Shown: in pieces, positions 15,986-23,596 of the stretch
Numbering within the stretch: the first letter of the stretch is position 1
Layout of the letters: each line of letters starts with the position of its first letter
Assembly: GCA_965230905.1 (NCBI GenBank)
Contig: OZ246396.1
Coordinates: 1,274,354 to 1,306,353, forward strand
Length of the DNA: 32,000 nt
Direction of reading: 5' to 3'
DNA from: Candidatus Saccharimonadota bacterium
Lineage (GTDB): Bacteria > Patescibacteriota > Gracilibacteria > UBA1369 > 2-02-FULL-48-14
The notes under the pieces: generated by a model
Seen by the model: only the letters and a program-made list of their open reading frames with translations
Told to the model about the DNA's origin: nothing
The model's database searches: none
Made by a program: the position numbers and the translations under genes

Positions 15986-17641
15986 ATGCAGACTGTTGCC
16001 ATTTTTGGTGCTGGCGTCGCGGGACTGAGTGCCGCTCATGAATTTTCACGATTGGGATATCAAGTAACGATTTATGAATCGAATCCGGATGCTGGAGGGT
16101 TTTTTAGAAGTGCGCGAATGGCCAAAGATGAAGGAATGCCGTCTGAATATTCGTGGCATGGTTTTGGTCCTTGGTATCACAATACGTATGAAATCATGAA
16201 ACAGATTCCGTTTGACGACAACAACAGCGTTTATGATAAAAGTCTTTCGAGGTCAATCAATTATGGTATTGCCTATGATCAGACAAACGAAGATGAGGAT
16301 GTGAACGACAGCTTTAGAATGTTAAAACGGTTTCGAATGACAACGTGGGACAAAATGCGATGGGCAATCTTGCTTTTTAAAACGTGGAGCGCAAATAATC
16401 GTACAAAGGAATATTATTCAAGGCTAAATGCTTCGGAAGCATGGAAACCAATCATGAGCGATCGGGGCTGGAAAACATGGCGTGCAACATTTGGCCCTTG
16501 GGTTGGGTCTGATTGGACGCGCGCATCGCTCCATCATGTCGGACAATTTTTTCGTCACAATCTCATGTCCGGAGAAAGGCATGACCATAAAGGTGATGAT
16601 CAAGGAGAAGAATGGTCTCAAGGCTCAGGTGACGGCTGGCTTCTGCTTCGCGGACCAAGCAACGAATTCTGGTTCGATAAATGGATAAAATATCTTCAAG
16701 AAAAAGGGGTCAAGATGGTTTGGCAAACATCGCTACAGAAGCTTGTCTATGATGGTAAAAGCATCACTGGAGCTTGTTTGGCATCTGGAGACATGGTTTG
16801 TGCAGATATTTATGTCGTTGCGACAAGTCCTTTTTCTGCTGCTGATATTTTTGACCAAACACCAGAGCTTGCAGCTTTGGACGAACTACGTCTTTTTAGA
16901 CCACTTGTAGGCGATGGTCCACACACGCAAGTCTCTTTCCGTCTAGCATTTTCCGAACGAGTATCTTGGCCCAAAGAAAGAAGTGCGCTTCTTCTGCCCG
17001 ATTCAGAATTCAATCTGACGCTTTTTCCAGAAGAACAAGTGTGGTCAGACGATGTAGCACTTGGTGACGGTGTTATTTCATTATGGACCGGTACTGCCTG
17101 TGTGGCGTCGGTACCAGGGAAAATATATGGTCTACCGCTTGCCCGTTGTACAAAAGAACAATTCATTGAAGAAATAAAAGATCAGCTTTTCCGCTGTGCG
17201 GATTTAAATCGTCTGCTGAAGCAAGCAAATCAAGGAAGAGAGTTAAAAGATTTTTCTTTGTTAAGAATTGAAGTCTGGCATGAGTGGCAATTCTCTTCAG
17301 CAGGTATTAAACCACGCCAGCCCAAGTGGGTAATGAGTAATCATACTCAGCCATATCTCCCAACCCAACAAACACCGGTTTCAAATTTGCTTCTTGCAGG
17401 TGCTCACACGAAAACAGATGCAGATATTTGGAGTATCGAGGCTGCGGTTGAGAGCGGCCGACGTGCCGTAAAAGTCATCGAACCAGGCGTTCATGTTATT
17501 ACGCAATACAAGCCAGCCTGGCTTCGTGCAATCAGTGTCATCGATGACATTTGTTTCCGCTTGAGACTTCCCCATATCATCGATGTCCTCCTCTGTATTG
17601 TTCCTGTAATCATAATTCTTTCCCTAGTGAGACTTGCATAG
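15986..17641 (+). CDS. FAD-dependent oxidoreductase (amine-oxidase / phytoene-desaturase-like fold) with a C-terminal membrane anchor
   Basis: N-terminal VAIFGAGVAGLSAAHEFSRLGYQVTIYE (GxGxxG followed by an acidic residue). C-terminal LLLAGAHTKTDADIWSIEAAVESGRRA. Terminal hydrophobic helix VLLCIVPVIIILSLVRLA. Confidence 0.75.
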   Translation: MQTVAIFGAGVAGLSAAHEFSRLGYQVTIYESNPDAGGFFRSARMAKDEGMPSEYSWHGFGPWYHNTYEIMKQIPFDDNNSVYDKSLSRSINYGIAYDQTNEDEDVNDSFRMLKRFRMTTWDKMRWAILLFKTWSANNRTKEYYSRLNASEAWKPIMSDRGWKTWRATFGPWVGSDWTRASLHHVGQFFRHNLMSGERHDHKGDDQGEEWSQGSGDGWLLLRGPSNEFWFDKWIKYLQEKGVKMVWQTSLQKLVYDGKSITGACLASGDMVCADIYVVATSPFSAADIFDQTPELAALDELRLFRPLVGDGPHTQVSFRLAFSERVSWPKERSALLLPDSEFNLTLFPEEQVWSDDVALGDGVISLWTGTACVASVPGKIYGLPLARCTKEQFIEEIKDQLFRCADLNRLLKQANQGRELKDFSLLRIEVWHEWQFSSAGIKPRQPKWVMSNHTQPYLPTQQTPVSNLLLAGAHTKTDADIWSIEAAVESGRRAVKVIEPGVHVITQYKPAWLRAISVIDDICFRLRLPHIIDVLLCIVPVIIILSLVRLA

Positions 17642-17726
17642 AATACAGAAATGACATCGTAAAACAGGGTTGGTACAGTCTAGCACCACATTCCCAAAAT
17701 GCCACCAGCTCTGCGGATGGATGTTT

Positions 17727-17755
17727 TTGACAAATTAGAGCTTTCCCATTAACGT
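17727..17755 (+). promoter_or_regulatory. weak candidate promoter for the RND operon
   Basis: Perfect TTGACA (17727-17732), a 17-nt spacer, then TAACGT (17750-17755, a poor -10). Confidence 0.25.
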
Positions 17756-17779
17756 ACCGGCCAAGTACTATAAAAAATT

Positions 17780-18172
17780 GTGAAAAAACTTCTTCATATA
17801 ATTTTCGTTCTCATTGTTGGTTTTTCTCTAGCAGGTAATACTTGCTTTAAATCCCATAGTTTTTTTGATGCTGCTTATGCACAAACCTCTTCTATAGACG
17901 TACAGGATCATGAAACGGAAGATTTCGAAGATAAAGAACTTGTTAAAAACTCTCATTGTTGCGATGAAAGCGGTTCAAGCGTGTCCACTAATAGGGGTAT
18001 ATTTAAAAAAGAAACTACAAATTCATTTAAACAAATTTCCGATTTAAGCTGTAAACCAGCTCAAGATTTTCCCTTCACGCCAAATAATTTCACTACTGAA
18101 AATTGGCCACCGATGAGCTCTCAATTCCAGCCAGATTCCTTCTGGTTAGGAACTATCGTTAAAAGGGAATGA
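17780..18172 (+). CDS. small secreted Cys/His-containing protein (GTG start), first gene of the RND module
   Basis: Signal-like MKKLLHIIFVLIVGFSLAG, then NSHCCDESG. The C-terminal WPPMSSQFQPDSFWLGTIVKRE loosely resembles the tail of the 9366 ORF. Confidence 0.5.
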   Translation: MKKLLHIIFVLIVGFSLAGNTCFKSHSFFDAAYAQTSSIDVQDHETEDFEDKELVKNSHCCDESGSSVSTNRGIFKKETTNSFKQISDLSCKPAQDFPFTPNNFTTENWPPMSSQFQPDSFWLGTIVKRE

Positions 18173-18250
18173 GTAAAATTTATTTTCATTTCTAAGCTCA
18201 CCTTTTGATCTTCAGAAATATTAGTTTTTATTCAATTTACTTTTTTTTAT

Positions 18251-18388
18251 ATGTCGTCCAAAAAAATCTTCAGTGTTACTGGTTTAATTTTGTTCTTGCT
18301 AATTATTGCCGGATGCTCAGGACAAACAACTCAAAACGTAGATGAAAGTGAACCGCACGGACATAGTGATGAGGATGCCCATGAATAA
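18251..18388 (+). CDS. 45-aa lipoprotein with a His/acidic tail (not in the ORF track)
   Basis: ATG 18251 to TAA 18386-18388: MSSKKIFSVTGLILFLLIIAGCSGQTTQNVDESEPHGHSDEDAHE. Lipobox LIIAGC. It lies immediately upstream of the adaptor gene. Confidence 0.45.
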   Translation: MSSKKIFSVTGLILFLLIIAGCSGQTTQNVDESEPHGHSDEDAHE

Positions 18389-18413
18389 AAGATTATTTTT
18401 AACAGATATTATT

Positions 18414-20336
18414 ATGAAAAATCTGAAAGCAATTGTTGTAAAAAATCAGAAATTAATAGTTGGTCTTCTTATCAGCAGTGTTCTTCTTGTTACCCCATTG
18501 GCCTTTGCGAGTCCAGGCCACGATGATGCCACTGGTGAATCACAAACATCCGAATCTACTCCTTCATCGCAATTAGGCACTATCCAAGAAACAGAACTGG
18601 AAAAATTAGGGATTAGTAACGTTTCTTTTGCAGGTGAAGTGCTTTCAACAGATGATGTACGGATTCATCCGCTTGTTGAAGGTCAGCTCATTGAATTGAA
18701 TGTGAAAATTGGACAGTACGTAGAAAAAGGTCAGGTACTCGGTAGATTATCCGTTGCACCAAATCCAGATTTAATTGCCACTTTAGCCGAAAAGGCAAAA
18801 AATGCAGAACGGTCCAGGTTGCAAATGATTGTTATCGACAAAATTACCAATGAAAATAAACAACTGATTGATCAATTAAAAACTGTTCTTGATCGCGCAA
18901 AGGATTCGGCCATCCAAATTATTTATGCACAGGCTGAACAAAATCTTATTATTGCTCAAGGTGCCTCACAGCAATTAAGCTCGCAAAACGAAGTTAAAGA
19001 AGCCATCATCCTGTCAGCACAAGCCGATTATGAACAAGCACTGACAGCGGTTGATAGCGAATTAATGAACGTGCGCACAGCTGCCCAGAATGCGTATGTT
19101 GAATTTACGTCTATAGTATCTGATAACATTGGTCTAAGCACAAATAGCACAATAGACGATAATAATTTTAATGAAGCCTATGGGAAGTTTGATCAACAAA
19201 CACGAGGAAATTTTGCCTCAGCAGTTATGGCTTTTAAAAATGCATTTGAAGATGAGACCAAACTTCCAGAAAACGAAATAGATGTTTTTTTTGATGCGGC
19301 TGGTAAATTGCTTTTGAGTTCTCACCCATCAACCTATGTTTCCGCTGAAAAACTTGAAGAGCTACGTCAGATTCTTACTGAAAATGAAGTAGATTATTAT
19401 GAAGCTTTAAAGAATTATAAAGATGCCCTTGGTGAATTAGTACAGAAACAAGCTGATTACGAAACAGTAAAGGCCGAACAGGAAAGAGACATTGTGGGTT
19501 TAGAAGTAGACGCTAAAAATGCTCAAAGTTCTTATGAAATAACCGAAAGTTTAATAGAGGCGAAAAAAGTTGAAATTGAAACTGATTTTGAGAAGCAAAA
19601 ATTTGAATACGATAATCAGCTTCTTGAATTACTAAAAGAAAAATTACTTTATGAAGCTGAAGCTCAAGCGGCAGAAGTGGCTTACCAAGTATTCGCTTCA
19701 AAGATTGGCGGTCAGGAAATTGTCGCTCTGAAGTCAGGATATGTGTCGGGGGTATATATGAATCTTGGCGATCATGTAACGCCAGAAACTGCTGTTCTTG
19801 CTATCACCGGAGATATAAATGCAAAGAAGTTTGTTCGGTTTAAAATACCTGCCGATACTAAATTAGTGAGCGTTGGTGAAGTAGTTGATATCGAATCACT
19901 TAATTCTCAATTTGGAAAGACACAGGCAATAGTGACTGGTGTATCTCTTTCTCTGGATTCAAATGGGTTTTTCTTAGCTGATGCCGATTTAAATATAGAT
20001 GCCAATTTACCAGTGCACGCGAATGTACGGATAGTTCCAAACACTCAAAATAATCTTCTTGTTGTACCGCTTTCAGCTCTAGTGGCTGATGAAAATGGCA
20101 AATATAGTATATGGCTTGTCGATAAAGATACTGTCATACATAAAAAAGAGTTAACAATTGGAAGAACTTTTGGTGATCAAGTCGAAATTCTTGATGGAGT
20201 TGCATTGAATGATCAATTCATTGTCAAACCTGCAGCAGATTTGGTTGATGGATCAAAGTGGGAAGGAACTGTACCAACAGAAGAAGCTGAAGAACCTGCC
20301 CCAGAGGGTGACGGACATGGTCATTCTCACGATTAA
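18414..20336 (+). CDS. RND efflux periplasmic adaptor (MFP/HlyD family), unusually long
   Basis: I prefer ATG 18414 (MKNLKAIVVKNQKLIVGLLISSVLLVTPLAFA signal) over 18342. Lipoyl-like half-motifs are present (RIHPLVEGQLIELNVKIGQYVEKGQVLGRL and ALKSGYVSGVYMNLGDHVTPETAVLAI). A very long helical insert separates them. C-terminal beta domains follow, with the tail EGDGHGHSHD. Confidence 0.8.
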   Translation: MKNLKAIVVKNQKLIVGLLISSVLLVTPLAFASPGHDDATGESQTSESTPSSQLGTIQETELEKLGISNVSFAGEVLSTDDVRIHPLVEGQLIELNVKIGQYVEKGQVLGRLSVAPNPDLIATLAEKAKNAERSRLQMIVIDKITNENKQLIDQLKTVLDRAKDSAIQIIYAQAEQNLIIAQGASQQLSSQNEVKEAIILSAQADYEQALTAVDSELMNVRTAAQNAYVEFTSIVSDNIGLSTNSTIDDNNFNEAYGKFDQQTRGNFASAVMAFKNAFEDETKLPENEIDVFFDAAGKLLLSSHPSTYVSAEKLEELRQILTENEVDYYEALKNYKDALGELVQKQADYETVKAEQERDIVGLEVDAKNAQSSYEITESLIEAKKVEIETDFEKQKFEYDNQLLELLKEKLLYEAEAQAAEVAYQVFASKIGGQEIVALKSGYVSGVYMNLGDHVTPETAVLAITGDINAKKFVRFKIPADTKLVSVGEVVDIESLNSQFGKTQAIVTGVSLSLDSNGFFLADADLNIDANLPVHANVRIVPNTQNNLLVVPLSALVADENGKYSIWLVDKDTVIHKKELTIGRTFGDQVEILDGVALNDQFIVKPAADLVDGSKWEGTVPTEEAEEPAPEGDGHGHSHD

Positions 20337-20356
20337 TAATTGCTCACTAATTTTTT

Positions 20357-23300
20357 ATGCTCAACCAAATTATTCTCTGGGCGATCAATCATAAGTGGAC
20401 AACTATTATTGTCTCAGCCCTGATAGCAGTACTCGGAATCTTCAGTTTGCTCACTATGAAGGTTGATGTATTACCCAATATAAACAAACCAACGGTCGCT
20501 ATTTTTACTGAAGGAGAAGGTCTTGCGCCGGAAGAAATTGAACGTCTTATTTTAACTCCAATTGAATCAGCAGTTGCTGGTGCCCCAGGAGTTGAGCGTA
20601 TCCGAGGAACCGCTTCGTTTGGCCTTGCCATCGTTCAAGTCGAATTTAATTGGGGGTCAGATATTTATCGTAACCGCCAAATCATTCAAGAAAGAATTGC
20701 TCAGTTAAATCTCCCTGAAGGTGCAAAACCAACGCTTGGACCTGTATCTTCAGTCATGGGAGAGATCATGTGGGTAGGTATATCTTCAAAGGAAGCTAAT
20801 CTTGATGGTATGGACCTCAGAACTCTTGCTGACTGGACGATACGTCCTGCTTTATTACGCTTACCTGGAGTTTCGGATGTCATTGTTATGGGTGGTGATG
20901 TGCGTGAGTGGCAAATTAATATTAATGCTGAGCGACTTGCTCAATATGAACTTACCGTAGAAGATATTGTAGAAAATGTTGAGGGTGCGCTACAAAATCG
21001 AGGTGGTGGCATTCTTGTAGAGAATGAACTTGAATACCCGATACGAATTTTGGTAGCTCCAAATGAAATTAATGAACTTCAATCCCTTGGCGTGGGTTCT
21101 TTTAATGATATGCCTATAGTTTTAGGCGATGTAGCGAGCCTCATAGAGGGGCCAAGTCCCGTAAGAGGCGCAGCTTCTATTGATGGAAAAGAGGGAGTTG
21201 TCATGAGGATTGTTAAACAGCCGGAAGCAGAGACCCTTGAGGTTACCAAGCTTGTTGATGAAACACTGGAGTCGCTTGAAAAAAGCCTTCCAGAGGGAAT
21301 AGAACTTCACAATGATCTTTTTAGACAAGAATGGTTTATCACTGCAAGCCTTGAAAATGTTATTGAGGCACTACGAGATGGAATAATCCTCGTGATTATT
21401 ATTTTGATTCTTTTTTTGGCAAATACTAGAACAACTCTTATTACGCTGACAGCGATCCCCATGAGTATTCTGGTCACCGCGATCGTATTCAAGCTCTTAG
21501 GTTTTTCGGTCAACGTTATGACTCTGGGGGGTATTGCGGTAGCGATTGGCGAACTCGTTGATGATGCTATTGTTGATGTAGAAAATGTCTTTACGAGACT
21601 TCGTGAATGGAGAAAAAATGGCAAACAAGAACCTCTGGAAAAAGTTGTTTTTAAAGCATCGAGCGAAGTTCGAAATTCCATAGTCTATGCGACACTGCTC
21701 GTAGCAATTGTTTTCTTGCCCATCTTTTTTATTCCAGGAGTAGAAGGAAAGCTTTTAGCTCCTCTCGGACTTGCGTATCTTACTTCACTTATTGCCTCAT
21801 TATTTGTTTCTCTTACACTTACACCGGCACTTTGCGTTCTCCTTTTAGGATCAAGCAAAAAAGAGGAAACTCATGAAGAAACAAAATTCGTTCGTTGGAT
21901 TAAGAAAAATATTACTCCTCTTATAGGATGGAGTATTAATCATTCACGTACACTTATTACAGGAATTGTAGGTGGTCTTATGATTGCTATCGTGCTTTTC
22001 ATGTATGCTGGAAAAGAAGGTGTACCACCTTTTAATGAAGGAGCAGTTACTGTTGGGGTCGTTATGCCCGTAGGGACTGACCTTCAGACATCCAATGATT
22101 TTGCTTCTCAAGTTGAAACAAAGATACGTGAAATCCCTGGGATTGTACGCGTAAGTCATTTGACCGGCCGTGCGGGGGCAGATGCACATGATAGTGGCGC
22201 AAACACGAGTGAAATCCAAGTAACTTTTGATCACGGACTTGAAGAAGAGCGTACACGTCTATTTGGAGAAATTCAAAAGGTACTTGATGAATTTCAAGGT
22301 GCAGACTTTAGCCTTGGGCAACCAATTACTCATAAAATGGAAGAGCTCTTATCTGGCGTTCGTGCTCCGATCGTCATTAAAGTATTTGGTGATGATCTTG
22401 ATGCTATGAGAGAAGTAGCGGAACAAGTTCGGGATGAACTAAAACTTCAACCTGGAGTTACGAATGCCCAAATTCCAAAAGAAGTACTCATCCCTGAATA
22501 TCGGATATTTCCAAACCGTGAAAGACTCGGCTCACTTGGTCTGTCTTCAGGAGAAATCGCAGATGAACTTGAAGCCGGCCTCTTGGGTGTATCGGTGGGT
22601 CAGGTACAGCTTGGATCAGCTCAAGTACCCGTTGTAGTGCGCTATGACATTTTCAGTAAAGGGAATATGGCCGCAATCAGAAATTTATCCTTTGCAGGAG
22701 ATCAAGTTACTACATTGAACGACACTTCTGATATTCAAATTCAAGGAGGCTTAAACCGTCTTAGTCATGAGGGTGGAAAGCGAGTCATAATCGTAAGCGC
22801 TAATTATCAGGGAAAAGATATTGTTGGTGCGGTAGAAGAGGTAAAACAGGATTTTGAATCCATAGAACTTCCACAAGGGATAACTCTTTCTTTTGAAGGA
22901 ACATATAAAAGCCAAAAGGAAAATTCCCTGCTTCTTCTAATGCTATTTGGTGTCGGACTTTGCTTTATTTTTGGAATTTTGTATCACGCCTTTCGGTCAA
23001 GCGCTATTGTCATCCTTATAATGCTTAACATCCCAACCGCACTTATAGGAGGAATAATAGGGGTATGGGTAACTGGTGGTGTAATCAGTTTGGCCCATCT
23101 TATTGGTTTCATTTCTTTAGCTGGAATCGTTTCTCGAAATGGAATCATGCTAATTAGTCACACTATTAACTTAGTGAAAAAAGAAGGCTTACCATTCACA
23201 CCTGAAACCATGCTGCGTTCAACTCTTGATCGAGTGGTGCCCGTACTTATGACATCTTTGACTGCACTCCTTGCTCTTATTCCATTCTTATTGTCATCAG

Positions 23301-23461
23301 AGGCCCCAGGGAAAGAAATGCTTTATCCGTTAGCTGTTGTTATTTTTAGCGGTTTGACTGTATCAACGATTATTTCATTATTCTTAACCCCTTCTCTTTT
23401 CTATCGCTTTGGTAAAAAGACAATGCTTTCACATACCGCTTCAATCGAAAGTTCAAATTAA
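20357..23461 (+). CDS. heavy-metal-efflux RND permease (CusA/CzcA family)
   Basis: 1034 aa. The N-terminus (WAINHKWTTIIVSALIAVLGIFSLLTMKVDVLPNINKPTVAIFTEGEGLAPEEIERLILTPIE) is typical of CusA/CzcA. The TM4 motif is GGIAVAIGELVDDAIVDVEN. The topology is 12 TM helices with two large loops. Confidence 0.9.
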   Translation: MLNQIILWAINHKWTTIIVSALIAVLGIFSLLTMKVDVLPNINKPTVAIFTEGEGLAPEEIERLILTPIESAVAGAPGVERIRGTASFGLAIVQVEFNWGSDIYRNRQIIQERIAQLNLPEGAKPTLGPVSSVMGEIMWVGISSKEANLDGMDLRTLADWTIRPALLRLPGVSDVIVMGGDVREWQININAERLAQYELTVEDIVENVEGALQNRGGGILVENELEYPIRILVAPNEINELQSLGVGSFNDMPIVLGDVASLIEGPSPVRGAASIDGKEGVVMRIVKQPEAETLEVTKLVDETLESLEKSLPEGIELHNDLFRQEWFITASLENVIEALRDGIILVIIILILFLANTRTTLITLTAIPMSILVTAIVFKLLGFSVNVMTLGGIAVAIGELVDDAIVDVENVFTRLREWRKNGKQEPLEKVVFKASSEVRNSIVYATLLVAIVFLPIFFIPGVEGKLLAPLGLAYLTSLIASLFVSLTLTPALCVLLLGSSKKEETHEETKFVRWIKKNITPLIGWSINHSRTLITGIVGGLMIAIVLFMYAGKEGVPPFNEGAVTVGVVMPVGTDLQTSNDFASQVETKIREIPGIVRVSHLTGRAGADAHDSGANTSEIQVTFDHGLEEERTRLFGEIQKVLDEFQGADFSLGQPITHKMEELLSGVRAPIVIKVFGDDLDAMREVAEQVRDELKLQPGVTNAQIPKEVLIPEYRIFPNRERLGSLGLSSGEIADELEAGLLGVSVGQVQLGSAQVPVVVRYDIFSKGNMAAIRNLSFAGDQVTTLNDTSDIQIQGGLNRLSHEGGKRVIIVSANYQGKDIVGAVEEVKQDFESIELPQGITLSFEGTYKSQKENSLLLLMLFGVGLCFIFGILYHAFRSSAIVILIMLNIPTALIGGIIGVWVTGGVISLAHLIGFISLAGIVSRNGIMLISHTINLVKKEGLPFTPETMLRSTLDRVVPVLMTSLTALLALIPFLLSSEAPGKEMLYPLAVVIFSGLTVSTIISLFLTPSLFYRFGKKTMLSHTASIESSN

Positions 23462-23487
23462 CAGAATCGGATCAAATTTTTGAGTGA

Positions 23488-23520
23488 GGAGGGATTAGTG
23501 TGATTTTCACTAATTCCTCC
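23488..23520 (+). terminator. hairpin 27 nt after the RND stop
   Basis: GGAGGGATTAGTG (23488-23500) / CACTAATTCCTCC (23508-23520). The stem is 13 bp with one mismatch and the loop is 7 nt. No T-run. Confidence 0.35.
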
Positions 23521-23552
23521 TATACTTCCTTATATTCTATTTGTTCATAAAC

Positions 23553-23581
23553 AAAAAGCATGACACTTCGTCATGCTTTTT
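23553..23581. terminator. bidirectional rho-independent terminator
   Basis: AAAAA-GCATGAC-ACTTC-GTCATGC-TTTTT. The A-run and T-run flank a 7-bp stem. It lies between the convergent RND permease (stop 23461) and the acidic SLH gene (stop 23597). Confidence 0.65.
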
Positions 23582-23596
23582 GAGCTTATAGATTAC

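Noticed and set aside
18342-18413. Track start of the adaptor ORF at 18342
   Set aside because: That start would overlap the small lipoprotein ORF in another frame and would place 24 residues before a good signal peptide. I prefer ATG 18414, though ATG 18381 remains possible.
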